This document shows, in pieces, positions 11,101 to 26,100 of a stretch of DNA of 64,000 nucleotides. The notes beneath the pieces are model-generated. The model made no database searches. It saw only the letters and a program-made list of their open reading frames with translations, and was not told the origin of the DNA. Within the stretch, counting starts at the first letter, position 1; each line of letters begins with the position of its first letter. Origin of the DNA: Yuukianura sp. NJ FZ-2021 (Eukaryota); the NCBI GenBank assembly GCA_046563655.1, contig CM102284.1, positions 8,370,001 to 8,434,000 on the forward strand. Direction: 5' to 3'. A program made the position numbers and the translations under genes.

Positions 11101-14100
11101 TTAGAAATTACCCAAGGAGAGCGTTGACACAACTTTCGGCTCGACAGTGAAAGTGATCTTCAGAGGCTAGTTCACATTTACACGGTTGTATAAATTTCTT
11201 AATGGGTTCATCCGAATCTGCCTCTCCTGGTCCATCTAAACCGCTGGAGTGACGACTATTGTCATCGTCAAACTTGGAACTGACGAAGGAGTCGCTGAGC
11301 CCAGAAAAATCGGTTCCCAGAACTCCACGCATGACGCTTTGAGCCAATTTGAATTTACGATAAGCCAACTCTGAGTCACGGCGATCATGCTTTCGCTGTA
11401 AACAAAACCAAAAACTAAAAGTTAGTTTGAGCTTTTTAGAAAATCTTGAAATTTTGAAATTTGAGTTGATTGAAATTGACCTTGTGTGAGTAGAGTTGAC
11501 CTGAGGAGTGAAGTACGTAGCTGCATCCATTTCGTATACAGTGAATATGATTACAGATTCCAGAAAAACGACAGTTGGGATAAGGACATGTTTCATGTTT
11601 CATAAATTTCTTGAATCCGTCACGATTCAATTGTTCGTCCTTCACATGGTACGATTTGTGTTTCTCTGTTCAAAACAAAACCAAAAGTTAAATTTCAAAA
11701 GTATAAAGCTTTTTTTTCAGAATTCTGATCCTGCCAAGTACCCCGCTACGCTTGTTTAAAAATCGTCATCATTCCAAAACGAGGTCGGAAGCACGTTACT
11801 TCAATTTTGAGTGAATCACCACAATCTTTAGCTTTTTAAGTATGTTAAATATGCAATGTTGATGTCATTGGAACTTAAATTGTTATTACTTTTTGAGCCA
11901 ATCCTTCTTCCTGCCTAAATTGCTCTTAAAGGCGGAGTTGTGCATTTTTACATTCTGTTCTAGTTGTACTGAAATCAATAACCAAAGTCCATTGTTGCCT
12001 TTATCTAAAATTAACATCATCTTCAAGAACCTCGGCCTCATTTCCAGATCAAGGAAACTCAAGAATTGACAATTCCAATTGGAAAGTCTCAATGAAGTTT
12101 GGCTCAGTCAGACATTCAACCATTGTCCTCAATTTCATCTCAACAAAATCAAATCTTGCAACTTTGCATTAAAAAGTTATCGCAAAGTGTCACTTTTATG
12201 GTTCTTTTGAAAGAACAAAAAACGCTGATGTTGGATAAAGTTAATCTAAAATCCAAACTTTCAATTTTTGAAAAATGTAAAATTGGATTGATTGATGATT
12301 GTAAAGTGGTTACCCATGTCAGCTTTGTTTTTGAAAGTGTATGAGCATGTTGAGCGTCTGCAGTGAAAGTGAGTTGTACGTTGATGGCGGAATGAGCAGT
12401 GGTCAGTTGCGCAGTCTTCCGCTGCACGGAATCGTTGAAATCCTTCTTGAATTATGGCCGAGTCCTTCCGATGGTAATTAGCATGCATCTGAACGTCACT
12501 CGTACTGATGTAAACTTTTTCGCACGAATCCTTCTCAATTTAGAAACAAAACAAAATTTCTAAGTCACGAATTTTCAAAATTTTCAATTTTCAAATTTCG
12601 AAATCTGGAGAAAAATTTGATCCGGAGAAAGTTTTACCTGGAGACAGTGGTAGTGCGTCTGTTTTCGATTGTGTGGGCAGTGAGCAAAGCGATCTGAGCA
12701 GTCGTCGGAGGGAGAGTACCTGATTTTGGGAAATTCAAAAATTGAAATTTCGAAATCTTTTAAATTTTTCGAAATCTTTTAAATAGTTGAAATTTTAGTT
12801 TTACCGCATGAATCCATGTTGGAGTGACTCATCTCTCTTCTTGTGCCATTTGAAATGGCGTATCATCTCTTCCTTCTTGACGAAGACGCGTGTGCCATGT
12901 GAACATTCGTGACAGTGAAAGTGTTCTCTGTAATTTAATTCTCTGCAAGTGGATTGTCCACATTCAGAAAAACTGCCGAAACGACGAACATAGCGTGTGT
13001 AGTCCACAGGGCCCGTACCCTTACCCAGCAGTCCCTCTCGAATCACTGGAAACGACAGCCCACGACCAGCCGAAGACCCCTTCCCTGAAATTTTCAAAAA
13101 TTTCAATAATCCTACAATTTTCAATCAAAATTTAAAGTTTTTCCAGAAAAGGAACAAGATGAGCCGGAAATTACTTTTTTTTAAGACCTTAAGGGCCCCC
13201 TTTCTCCCTGTTTAGGATTTTCTAAACACGGGATTTGAAACACCCCAAACAATCAATTTCAATTTCCTCGGCACAGGATCTTTGGGTATTTTGTAAATTG
13301 TAATCGTATTTTTGGAGAAGAATAATTACGCTTGTGTATTCTGAAGAGAGGCCTTAAGGGCCCTCTCAAGTGCCTCCTGCTAATCTCTCCTCTATTCATC
13401 TTCCCATAATCAATCCCCAACTTTCCCCTCAGGATTTTCATGTTATGGAAAAAAGGACTCGAGATTTCCGTATTTGAGGAATAATCATTTCCACACCTCT
13501 GTTCAAAGGGCTCTCTCTTATGCGCAAAGGGCCCTGTACCCTTAATTCAATTCAACCTCTGACCCTTAACTATTGAACTACAGTCATGCAGAAGTGAGTA
13601 TCCATACAATATTTACTTGTTGACACGATTCATTAGCCTAAGTCCCTTTCAAAATACACGGGCACGAGGGAAAACACCAAAAATACACTAAATCCCTCAA
13701 ATTCTACAACTTTTTCCATGTAAAGATTTTCAAATCTCTCGAAAAACTAACAGATTCTAACTAAACCTTGTTAAAAAAAAGCTTAAAAAATGACAAGAAC
13801 AAAACTGATGAAGACGAATCTGTACTAAACTAAACTAAACAATCTAAACTTTTAGTTCAAAATTTTAACTTTTAAGGCACCACCATCAATCAAATTTCCT
13901 TGTTCAAATCTTAACAGTTTTGTAGATTTTTTTTGTCTGTTTTCTCTAATGACGCTTCCTCAATTTCTACCCGATTTTCTAAATTTTTTTCTAAAAAGAG
14001 TTCCTGATTGAAGTTGTAGGAAAAAAGAGTCAATAGAGAAATCAATTCCCATGAACCAGCAACATGAGGAGAGCGAAGGGCCCCCTCTCTCACAGCAGAG

Positions 14101-17100
14101 CAAATAACATCAGTTTTTTAAGTTAGTTTTGAGGAGAGCCCTTGGACTCAAAGGGGTAAATTGTGAAAAAGGAGCCCTTTATGTGTTGTCCAAGGACTCC
14201 AATTCCTTCCACCGTTTTTTATATAAATATTCCTTAATCCTTTTTCTTCAAAAAGCAACTTGAGATTCTATTCAAAAAGTGAAAAACTCCACGGAAGCAC
14301 AGAAAAAGTTTTGTGAAGGGATCTCCCCTTTTGCTTCTTTTGTGACCAAGGGAGAGATTTAAGGCTCGGTTGTTTTTTATATCAAAAATCCAATTCTATT
14401 CTTTCGGGAAATCAAAAAAAAGTGAGAAAAAAGTCTTACTTCAATTACTTTGTGATAGAATCAAATTTCTGGAGGTTGGGAAGTAAATATTTGAAGACTG
14501 GGAAAGAGGAATTCCTGTGCCTTCAGATTTTCTAAACTTTTTAAGATTTAAAATTTCCATCTCTCGCTCCAAAGATTTAAGATTTTTGAGTTTGCCTAGC
14601 GGCTGGAGTGCAGCTGTTCTTTTTAAAAAATTCTTTTTTAAAAAAATGAAGTTATTTAACCCTTTACTTTTTTTAGTTCTTTTGGGCTTCGTTCTCACGG
14701 ATTGGGAAAATCTTAAACAAAAAATTCCTTTAACCCTATCGCTTAATGAACATTTTCAAAAAACAGGCTCAGATTAGTTCCAATTTTTAAATTGAAAATT
14801 ACAGTTTTGCAAGAAACCGGAAGTTTTTAGAAAAGAGCAAAATTGTGCAGTGTCTAATTTAGTAAATTTTGTAACACTTTTTCTTTTTGAAAATTTCAGA
14901 TTCTTTTGATATGTTGGTTTTAAAAAAGGATTTTTTAAAAAGGATTGTAAAGATTTTTTGAACAATTGAGCATTGGAACATAAATTAGAAAAGGGAAAGT
15001 CTTCCTTCCGCTTTTGTTCTGTTTTGAACAAAAGTTTAAAAAAAGAAAATGCCTCGAGGTTGACTTCAACATTCCCAAACTCTAAAAATCTCCTTTTCAT
15101 CTTTTCATTTGTCCTTGTTTTCCTAATTTTTAAAAAAGTTTTCCTAAACACGCCTTCAATTGAAAGTCTTCAATTTTCAATTCTTTCGCATTCAAAAAAT
15201 CGCTTGGAGGGAACCAACTAGCGGTGCAAAATAAATGTCGAATTAAAATAATTACGTTCAAAATTTTAACCCAAAAAGTGCACTTTTAGATGTAATAAGA
15301 GCAGCGACTGTTTTCTAACACCAATTTTGAACCCCAAAAATTCAAAATTCTTATGATATTTTCGCATTTTCGCAATTTTAGTTTTTGTAAATCAGAGTCA
15401 GAATCAGAGAAAGTTGCTTACCTCTTCCACCTTTATGGACAGTTTTGTGTTGAGCAAATCCGGAGCTATTGGTGTTTTCGTTTTGAAGGGCCCCCTCTCC
15501 CTGATTGTTATTGTTAAGACTGAGATGTGGTTTGAAGGGCCCATGTCCAGAAGGGGCCTGTTGAAGTACCCCTGAAGATGAGGAGTTGGACATGGGGCTA
15601 CTCGGAGGATTTTGACCTCTTGACCCCATCGAATTGTTGGACACATTCACACTCTCCTGCATCGCAGCCAGCAGTCGAACCATGTTTTCAGGAAGCATCA
15701 TCTGCTCAAATTCAAAAATTAAACCATTTCAAACAACTAGAAATACAAATGCCGTGTAATTTTTAAACAAGGTTTTCAAAATTTAAAATAACAAAAAGCT
15801 TCAAATGAGGAAATGAGAAATTCTTTGCCACATCCACTTTTAGTACAAAACGAGTCATTCGAATTAAAATTCCGGAAACGGCGGTACAGGAGGCAGTTTT
15901 TTTTAGTTTCAAAAAGTGAAAACAGACAAATTGGTTAAAAATTCCATAATCTCCGTAAGATCTCATCGTCATTCCGTCGTACAATCAAAAAGGAGGCGTG
16001 TGCCAAAAAACATGCTTCAGCCACAACCCACAACTTTTTTTGCTTTTGCATAAAAAAAACTTTTCATGTTTTTCAGTTTTTTCTTGCTCATAAAAGAAAA
16101 GCGACAAATCTTGTTTCCTGTGCCTGTTTTTTTAACATGTAAAACTTATGGCAACTTTCCTAATAAAACACCGAAAAAAGTTGAAATTAGACAAAAATAA
16201 CAAAATTTTCTAAAGAAACGCCTTCTTCAAAGAAAGTTTTTAGACGTGGGTTGAGTCAACTACTGAACTTAATTAAACATTTTCTAAAAACAACTTTTTT
16301 AAAAAAGGGAGATTTTTTGTTTGAATTTGAATGAATACGGTTGTGATTATGACAAATGCACCAACAGGTGCATAAAAAGTGCTACATCGTGTACTTTTTT
16401 TTGGATTTTGTAAAAATTAGTTTTACGTTTTAGTTTTTTCTGTGCTACAAATCATGATTGAATGGATTTTTGTTGTTTATCAAAGAGGGAGATCAGTTGG
16501 CTTTTGTAAAATGTAAACTCTCACATCATTTCACATTTGCAGAACCATGTTTGAAAAAACGAAAACGCTAAAAGCTTTTTATTTTTGGGAATTTTTTCTA
16601 CCTCTGTCGTTCTTTTCAAAAAGTACAAAAACCAGCAGGGAGAAGATTTTTCAAAAAAGAAAAAACAGTACCGGATGTCGGACTTTTTTTTTTGCACGAA
16701 CGGTACAAGATCTTGCAAAAACAAGGAAGATTGAAAAATGAAAAGTCTGTTCCTCTCAGTTTGAACACAAAATTGACATTTTTAGAATTTAAAACAACGA
16801 AAAAAGGAAATGACTAATTGCTTCATTTAAACTTCCAACTCAAGACAACAACTATTTTTACGGGTTTCTGATTTTGGACCAAGTTTCGACACATTCTTGT
16901 TAGAATTTCGAAATTTCTAAAACACAAAATCATGAATTTTTAATTTTTTGAAATTCAGTTTTACTTTGAATCCGGTCGGTGTTGATAAAGTTTTAGAATA
17001 TTTTTACTTAGGTATTAGTTTTTTTTTCAGATTCTACCTAAGTTTGAACGAAATTGTTCTCCTATTTTTGTTAACTTGGTACGCCAAATTTTTCGAATTT

Positions 17101-20100
17101 TGTTTAAAAAAAATTTGGCAAAAGTGCTTTAGTGTTTCGGTTGGGTAGTTTGGTCACATTCTAGTAAGTTCTTTGTGTCTTTTTTTGCGTTCTCTGTCAC
17201 TTCATTAACGTCTCACAACGAGAGAGAGACACAATTCAGCCATTAATTCCAATCAAAGAGATCAAGTTCCTTCCCCTCCAAATTCCTATTCACTCCCATT
17301 TTTCAACCCAACACAAAGCTACTTTTTAAAGAAAGACTTGGACACTTTGGGATTGTAAAAAGTAAAAAATGTTCTTTGGTTTTGGTTAAATCCTGGGTGA
17401 TTAATAATACTTATCGGATGGACGCGTGTGTTTAGAGAGCGTCTTGATCATTCCCTCTCCCAACCCCCCACTGATTCAACCAACAGAACAATGAAAACTC
17501 AAATCTCAATCCAACATCAGTCCTCTCAATCACCAAAATCCAAATTTAAAAACACAAATTTCAAAAATAGTAAAAAATCACAGTTGGACAGAGTTTTGGT
17601 TGAGGGAAGATCCAAATCAGAAATGTTCAATTTATGAAAAATGGAAAACTGATTTCGTATTCTGTTTCAAAATTTCATGAATTTATAATCGAAAAACCCT
17701 ATTGTTAAATGATGATTCATCATTCTCTACCTAAAAAATTTGAACAGAATTTTGAGTTTTTAAAAACGTCACTAACTAAAACATATAAGATATAAGCGTC
17801 AACGCTCATCTCTAAAAAAAATTTCGACGTATACTAAACTTTTGCAGTGTTCCCGAATTTAAATTAGTTTAGTTGAAATTTTGCATTTGGCTTTTATTGA
17901 CTTTGATTCGCAAAAAGTTTTTGTAAGTTTTGACGCAAAAAATGAAGGTCCAAGGTCACTTTCCAATTAAAACTGGATTTGATTGCCCATTCTTTCTGAA
18001 AAAGACTGTTAAAAGAGTTTCAACTTTTGTTTAAAAATACTACAACAAAGCCCTTCATTCCTTTTTTCTTCGTTTTCGTAATTAATGTGAAGTTGTTATG
18101 TACTTGGTAATCAATAAAATTTGGAATTGAGTTAGGAAACACGCGCTCAGTTGATTAATTGATGGAGCAAAAGTACTTCCCTTCACTCTTTGTGAAATGT
18201 GAAGATGGTGGGTACTTACTAGTCACTTTCTCACCTGTAATTAGGTGTGGAATAACTTATAGGTGCATAGCCTAGCAAAATAGCTTAACATGTTAACTTA
18301 CCTTGTGAGACTGGTGTCCAGGTGAATTTGGTTCGGAAGTGGAGAGGTGATGCTGGAGTGAAGGAATGTCCGAACAATTCCCCTTCCCCCCTGTAGAGAG
18401 TCATTAACAATCAACAATGCATTAGCACTTCAAATTCCAATCTCATCACACCTCCTCTACACTATTCTTAACTCAAAATTTATAAATTTCAGTTTTCCAA
18501 ATAATAGATTCAACCACTTTCTCAAAAAATCTAATGCTCAAGTTGCCCACTTTTTCCCTAATTTTACTTTCTTTTGCTTTCACCTTTCTCTGTTCTCTAC
18601 TGTAAAAAGTAAAAAAAAAACGCATTTAAAACACTTTTTTTTTCAAAATTTTTATATTTTCAAGTTTTGTAGAATTTGCGTTTGAGTTTACGCATGATTT
18701 GGGTGTGGATGGAGAAGTGTGAGGTGGGAATTGGGTTTCCAAATTAGCATGGGGAACAACAAGGAAAAAACGTGAGATCTGTCCAGGACTCGAAATTCGG
18801 CACGCTTCTTTTCCTAATTTCATGAAAGGTGTTTTTTTTTTCATTATGCCACGGCATAATGCACCTCACTTCCAGTCTAATCAGCACACTATTAGGATAA
18901 TAGAGTAAATCCACCTAAACTGAATTTCAAAATTTCAAATTACTAAAAAAACAGGATTTAAAATTTCGATCAAAGATGCATAAAAGACGCTGGTTTGCAA
19001 AGTTTAACTAAAAAGCATTTGTCATTGAGGGCTTCATTTTTCGTGGAATTTTTTTCGGCGCGGAGTCAAAGAAAAACAAAGGGATTCCATTTAAGTCCCT
19101 CTCCTTTTAGTTATACTTTTTTGAGGTACATTTGAAATGAATTTTCTATTGTTTCCAAATTGAGCCAGCGGAAAGTGTTGGTCATGGGAACGGAGACATT
19201 TGAGAGGAATTAGGATTTCCTTAAGACTTGACCTCTGACCCCAATCACTTCCAACACTAACTCTCCCTCTCTTTAACTAATGGAATTAGACACACATTCA
19301 ATCCAAAAGTTACGCAACTCTAACTTACAAATCTCAAAAACACAAGAAAAACAAATTATGAAAATGACAAGAAAAGTTCCAACATTTCCTCAAATCCAGC
19401 TTCCAATTCACAGATCTTCCTGTAGTCTACGCACTTTAAACGCAACTTTGCCCACTTTTCTGTCAAGACTAAACGATAACACTTATCAAATTTATTACCA
19501 AAAACAGTGAAATAGTCAACCACTTTTTACAAACTGGTGGAAACTACTCAAAATCAAACCATTTCCTAACTCATTCCACTTTTTTCTTTAATTTTACTTT
19601 TCCAGATAAAGAAAAAGTTAAGTTCTTGGTTAAAACTAAAGTTTGAAAACTTTTTAAACTTCATCAGTTTCATAAAACCGTCAGCACCTTTCACTCTACT
19701 TTAAAAGAAAAGTCTCTTTTCTAAGATTTTGAAAACGACAACGTCACTTTACTCCACCAAACTGTTGACAATGTCGCTCAAATTTTGAACAGAAGCATGT
19801 GGTTCTTCTCTTTTTTTTTCATTTTGGTGACTCCGTGACATTTATGTCTTGTTTGAACCAAGTACCTTATCGACTCGTGATTAGTAAAAACCAACTTCAA
19901 AAGTTAATAAAACAAGGAAAGCTTGGTTTTAAAAATTGGAAGTTGAGGGGATAATAAAATTTGAAAAGTTGGCATTTTGGAAACTGGATCCCACGAAAAG
20001 AACTTATGCCTCGTTCGAATTTTACGCCTTTTTATGAATAAGTAAACAGGGTGAGAAAAATGTTCCTATTACAGCAAAAAACGAACGAAAGCTAAGAAGC

Positions 20101-23100
20101 GTTAATGTTTTAGTTAAGCATTTCTGATGCAGACAAGCAGACAGAAGTGGGAAGAAGAAGATTCTTAAGCAAATGAAAAAAGAAGGAGATGGAGATCTTT
20201 TCTATATTTGTACATAACTCTAACGTTGAAATCTTCACTTTGAAAGCATTTTTAAAATCTTGAGCAATCATCTTCTTCTTCAACAACCTCATTTGCCTAC
20301 TTAAATAAAACTGAACAACTTTCAAAGAAATTGAAATTTTTTAGAAAGAAAAAAGAAGCGTAGGGAGGACTCTAAAAATTCTTTTTTTCAAAATAATAAA
20401 TAGGAATGAGTCGACAATTATTTCTTAAACAATTGACATATTTTGCAATTTTAAATTTATTTATTTTTACTTCGACTCGAAAGAGTCCATTTTAGGAACT
20501 TCCAAGTTGAAGATGAGTTGTGTTTGGAATTAATTTGAATAATTTTACTTTTGAGTACTCAAAAGAAATTTGAGGAAGTTGAAAAAACTTTCTCAAATTT
20601 TGGAAGAAAACAAAAAGAAATTTTCATAATAATAGACACAGAAACTGGTTCCTCCACTTTCCAGAAAATCCTCACAGTTTCTAATTACTCAAATTACAAT
20701 TATTTTTTGTACTTGTAAATTTCAAAACTTAAAGTTTACTCACACAAGAAAACCAGGAACTGAAGATGATTTAAATGCAAATTTCCAAAAAGTTCAAAAA
20801 GCGAACAACAAATTAAACTCGTCTTTTTTCAAGAAAAACTATGCCCTGTTTCTTATTACTTTTGAACATGAAAATGGAAACGGCCTTTTCGGCGATTCAA
20901 AAACTAAAAACTGAAAATTTGAACTTTTCTCAAAACTGCTTCGAGCAACAGACAAATAAATCTGGAATAAATTCAAACGTCATAATTCTCATCTCAAACA
21001 ACAAAAATCTCTCCGAAAACTAACTTTTTTTTTCCTCCAAACTCTACCCCTGTAATTTATGACACTGAAAAAGTAGCTAAACTTTTCTAGTTTACTTTTT
21101 TTCGTTTCGGTTTTTAAACAAAAGCGGAGCATAAAAGTGAACATTTTTCTGGCATTTAATTACAATTATTCAAAACGCCCTGGAGCAAAAGCTCTCAGGA
21201 ACATAAAATAATAAATCTGCTGGAAATTAAAATTCAAGGAACAAAATTCATGAAAAGTGAGTCAATTTCTGAGTGGAAAAGTGTAGAATTTGATCAAGAT
21301 CTTGTAGGCAGACAGCAGGTACTACTCAAGTGGTGTTCTTTTATGGAAATGCAGGTTGTAAGTTGTTAGTCTCGAGGGAAGTGTCAAAAGACAAGTGTTG
21401 GGAACTCAGTTTTAGATAATGAGAGAAACAACTTACAGATTGACACGACTGATACAAAAAGTAGAAGGAAACAAAACGTTTAATCCCCAACAAACGACCG
21501 ATTAATGTCACACAATCACCAATCCCACTCACAAAATTAAGAAAAATCGTACTAAATCTTTGCAAATTTCATGAAAGTTATGCAAATGTAGATGAAAAGT
21601 AAAAGTGAGTTAACAAAAATTAAATTCAACAAAAAAAAAATTAAATTAAAATTTGGCACGGAAAAGTACTAATTTCTTTTCCTCTCATTACTTTTTTTTG
21701 TTGAAAAATGAAATTGTGGAACTTCGGACATTTAATTTCCTTTGAACCGCGGCTAAATCTCCTGGAGGGACATTTTGAGTTGGGTAAATGAGGAGCGTCT
21801 TCTTTTTCCAAAAACACAATTGGACGTTTCTTACTTTAAGTTGAGATCTGAGTGTAATTATGAACTGTTCAAATGGAAAATTTGAAATAAAAACGGTCGG
21901 AAGCCGCTGTAAGTTTGAGTTTTTTTGTGAATAAAATGATAATAGACTTCTAATGACTATGGGCTGAGTGTGGACTGTGTTGTGGTGGATAATGAGGAAA
22001 AGGAAGAATAGGAACATGATGAGACAAGACACAGAATAGAAATGAAACAACAATCACACCGAATTCTACAAAAAAAAATTCATCTTATTAAATTTAATGC
22101 AGATTTAAAAAAAAGTCAGAAAACTAAAACCCCAAACTACCAAGCGAAGAAAGTCTGCGCGTTGAGGAAATTGGGCAAGAGTAATTTGTAAAATCTGTAA
22201 GAATATTTTACAAAAATTGAAAGTAAAGTTAAGGAATTCTCGAGCATAGATTTTGAGAGTCCTGTTCATGCATTTGGGTTTCCATGATTCTAATTAGGCA
22301 CTCTTGGAGGAATCATGCATGGGAAAGGCGTATGAACTTAAATTTTGGAAAAGTCGTTTAAAAGCAGAATTTTGAAAAAAGCCGCTCTTCCATGGAAGTT
22401 GTGAGTGTCATAATGGAGCATTTAAGGCCCATTGATTTATTCTAATGGAAACAACTACTTTCTCATCTGCATCAGAAATGAGCAGAGTGAAGGCAAAAGA
22501 GGAGCCGACTTTTATAAATCAGGAATACCCCAATAATAAATATTCTCATTTCAATACACGTTTTCAAACTTTCTTTAAAAAAAAACTTTTGTTGAAAAGC
22601 TTATTTTAGACAAAAGAGATTAAAAAAGTCATGAGGGATGGACTCAAGATGCTCTCCAGATGGTAAAATTTGAAAAATATTTAAATTAAACTTTTTTGTG
22701 TGTTAATTTATAATTCTGAGACTAAAATTTGGTTGTTTCTCAAAAAAACTCCCAAGGAAAACCTTAGTTTTCGGCTTGTTTCGAGCACGAATCTCCAATA
22801 AAAATGGTTTTGATGCCGCAAGGCTTCCTCCTCTCCCTATTTAATTATTTTTGAAAATTGTAATAAAATGTGTAGTTACGAGAAGAATAGAAAATGGAAT
22901 CAATAAAAAATTTACAAAACGTTGCTTCAAAATTAATATTCCGAAACCACCACTACTCTATTTCCTCAATTTCAGATTTCAAAAAACTACACAATTTATG
23001 CACCAAAATCTCGTGTGATCTTAAAACCAAAACCTGTTTCCACAAAATACTCAACAAGTTTATCTTAACTTTAACTTTAAAAAAATCTGCTCTAAAATAG

Positions 23101-26100
23101 CTTATTGCTCTGCCTTTTCCACAAAACGGAAAATTGAAAATTCTGAAAAGTGGAATGAAAAATGGAAACCAGATTTCTGTTTTTCGTGATTGAAGTTGTG
23201 TTGTCCATTTGTAAGTAACTAAATTCGTCATGTCCAGAGACTAGTGTTGGGTAATGTATACAAACATGTTTAAAGTGCCTTAAGAAGAAGTGGATAAAAC
23301 ATTCAACAGGTTCAGTTGTAAAAAGCGTTAAATTAAGAAGACGCAACACAAATGACTCCATTTCCCCCGTCAATCCAAAACATAAACAACTTTTCAACTC
23401 CATCCATTACGCAGCCAATAAATGCCAACTTCAATTTCTCGAAATTTTACGGTAACTTTGAGAGCAAAGTGAAGAAAAGTTCTTGAATAAGAAAATTCTG
23501 GTGAGAAAAATTCAAAAATTTTAAAGAAAACGACTGAAGAAATTCAGTTTTGTTTTGCCACAAGTTTGTTTTTGAAATTCAGCAAGAATCCGGGCATTGC
23601 AATTTTCGTTCCGAGTTTGCCAAAAAGTCTAGACGATTTTTTGTTAAACCTTTGACATATTTTACACGACACTTTGGGTTTAGTGGAATTTTGTTCCTTT
23701 GTCTCTTTTTCACCGCAAACCGTAAAAGAAGCAAACATTCGGTAAAAATGAAAAACAAATGAAATTTTTAGCTTTTTTTTTGTACTTGAACATCTCCCCT
23801 AAGATCTTGTTTTGAAAAGATTCCTATTTTCCTGACATTGCAAAAATCAAACAAAGAAATAGTTTTGGTTTGCTTTGTTTACATTTGTCCAAAAATTCTT
23901 TATTGTTGATTCTTCAAATTTCCTACTGTAAACAGTTTGCAAAAACGAAATTTTTCGCAAACTCAGAAATAAACAACGGAAAGTTTGCGCAGCTGTTTTC
24001 AACCCCTTTCATTCTCCCGTTTTTGCCAAAATTTTAGCAACAAAGGGATGCTTCTTTGGTGCCAAAAATTTTGCCCACTTTTCAAACTATTTTTTTTTTG
24101 TTACGAAACTTCTTTTCAACTTTGAAAATTCTAATTTGTAATTCTTTTGAAACCTCCAAAACCAACATTGCATTGACACAGTTTATCTCCGAAAAATCAG
24201 AAAAGATGTGCTATTTGATTTCACTTTTCACCCATTTCATGTCAACTAAAATAACAAAAACCAAAACAATTTTCTCATCGTTTCTATCTGTGTCTGGATT
24301 TGACAAAAAATGAAAGGCTTAGAAAAACTAAGGACAATTTAAACTTAACGGCCACTTTCACATGCATCTTCCCCCAAAAAAGTTTTGGAATTGAAGCGTT
24401 TCCAATTCGGATTGACTGTTTTTTTTAAAAACAGATTCAATCTCTTCTTTAAAAAAAGAAGACCTCCCGCCAGAATTATGCAATGAACATTTCCAACTTT
24501 CCAAAAAACGAACGGTACATTTCAATTCTAAAACTCCGCATCTCCTGCTGCTTCCCGGAAAAAATCTTCCCTCCAATTCTTTCACCCTTTTTCATTTTTT
24601 AATCTCTTCTTTTTTTGAAATGACAATTGTCAAAAACTGTTCCACTTCCTAGTATCACTTCCTTCTTTCAAAAAAAGTAAGAAAAAAACAGTTTTTGAAT
24701 TGTATCCAGAAAAAAGTGGAAAAGGAATTGTCATCTTTTGAGAAATGGGTGCTGAACCGTTATGAGATAGGGTTACACACACTTCCAATTTCTTTTCAAT
24801 TCAAACGTATCAAAAAACTTTTTGTCCAAAAAAGAGAACTTTTTCTCTTTGTATTTTTGAAAACTGGATCCCTAAAATCAACAACAGATTCTTTTTTGGA
24901 ACCACTATAAAGACATTTAAGTGTCTCACATATCAAAATATGGGTCAAATAAATTTTATTCTACTCCTTTCTCAGACCTCTCATCAACAATTCGGTGAGA
25001 AAAACCCCTTTTCATATCAACTGATTCCAAGGGACCCCTTTTCCTATCAACTTTATTCCTAAGGGCCCCCCTTTCCATGGGAAAACTCATTTTCTTTTCT
25101 TTTCCGTTTTTTATGAAATCCATTTGGCAAAATTTGAAATGCTGGCACTCATCTCAGCCAAGAAGAAACACAAAAGAAATTCGGATCAAATCCCTTTTCG
25201 AAGGAACTAAAAAACCGACATGACATTGAAAATACAGCTTTCAAAAATATAGTTTAAGAAAATCTTCAAAATTTAGATTTTTTTTTTCGAAATAAAAATA
25301 AATTTAATGGAATTGCCATTACCAGACGTTTTTTTAGTAATCGTAGCCTACATAGACATTATGCATCCTTATTCCGTTGTAAATGAACATTTGAGTGTCT
25401 CCATTTATGGTAACAACCACAAAATAAAGAGGAGATGTAAAGGATCCCTTGCATTTTGAGGGAAAAGAGGGAAAGGGCCCTTGGAAATTAGAGAAGAGGG
25501 CCCTTGAATCCCAATCAGATGAAAACGAGAACCTGTTTGTGGGGCTTTTTCAGGTTAAGGGTAATAACAGTTTCAAAAAGCCACTTTTTAGGTGAATTCC
25601 TCCAGAAATAAAGTAAAAGTGTCCCTTGAGGGCTCTCCAGCCCTTCTGCTCCATTTCCTATGCACTAATAATACACATTTCCCACAGACACAATTCTCTT
25701 TTCCAACCAATTTCAGACAATTTTTGTCTTTACAATTCCAATTTTCAAACAATTTTTGTCTACAATTCCAATTTTCAAAAAATTCAACTTCAACTGCTCA
25801 TCACAAAAAAAGGAAGAAAAGAGTAAAAGCAGGAAGTTTAGAGAATCAGAAAAGTTGAAAAATTTTGGCAATTAAAAATTTGAGATTCCGGTCTTGTAAA
25901 AATAGAAATTTCTTGTAAAATTTGCAACTCATGGTTCCCAATGATGCCACACCTCAACTACAAGAGTGGAGAGACTCAAAAATTAAAAAGCCTCAGAGCA
26001 CAAGAGTCCCATTTAGTTTGATTAAACTTCAAATCTTCCTTCTTTTGATCAAAATCTTTTTTCTTCAAAATTTCCTCATCAATCTACTCAGCAGGAGCTC

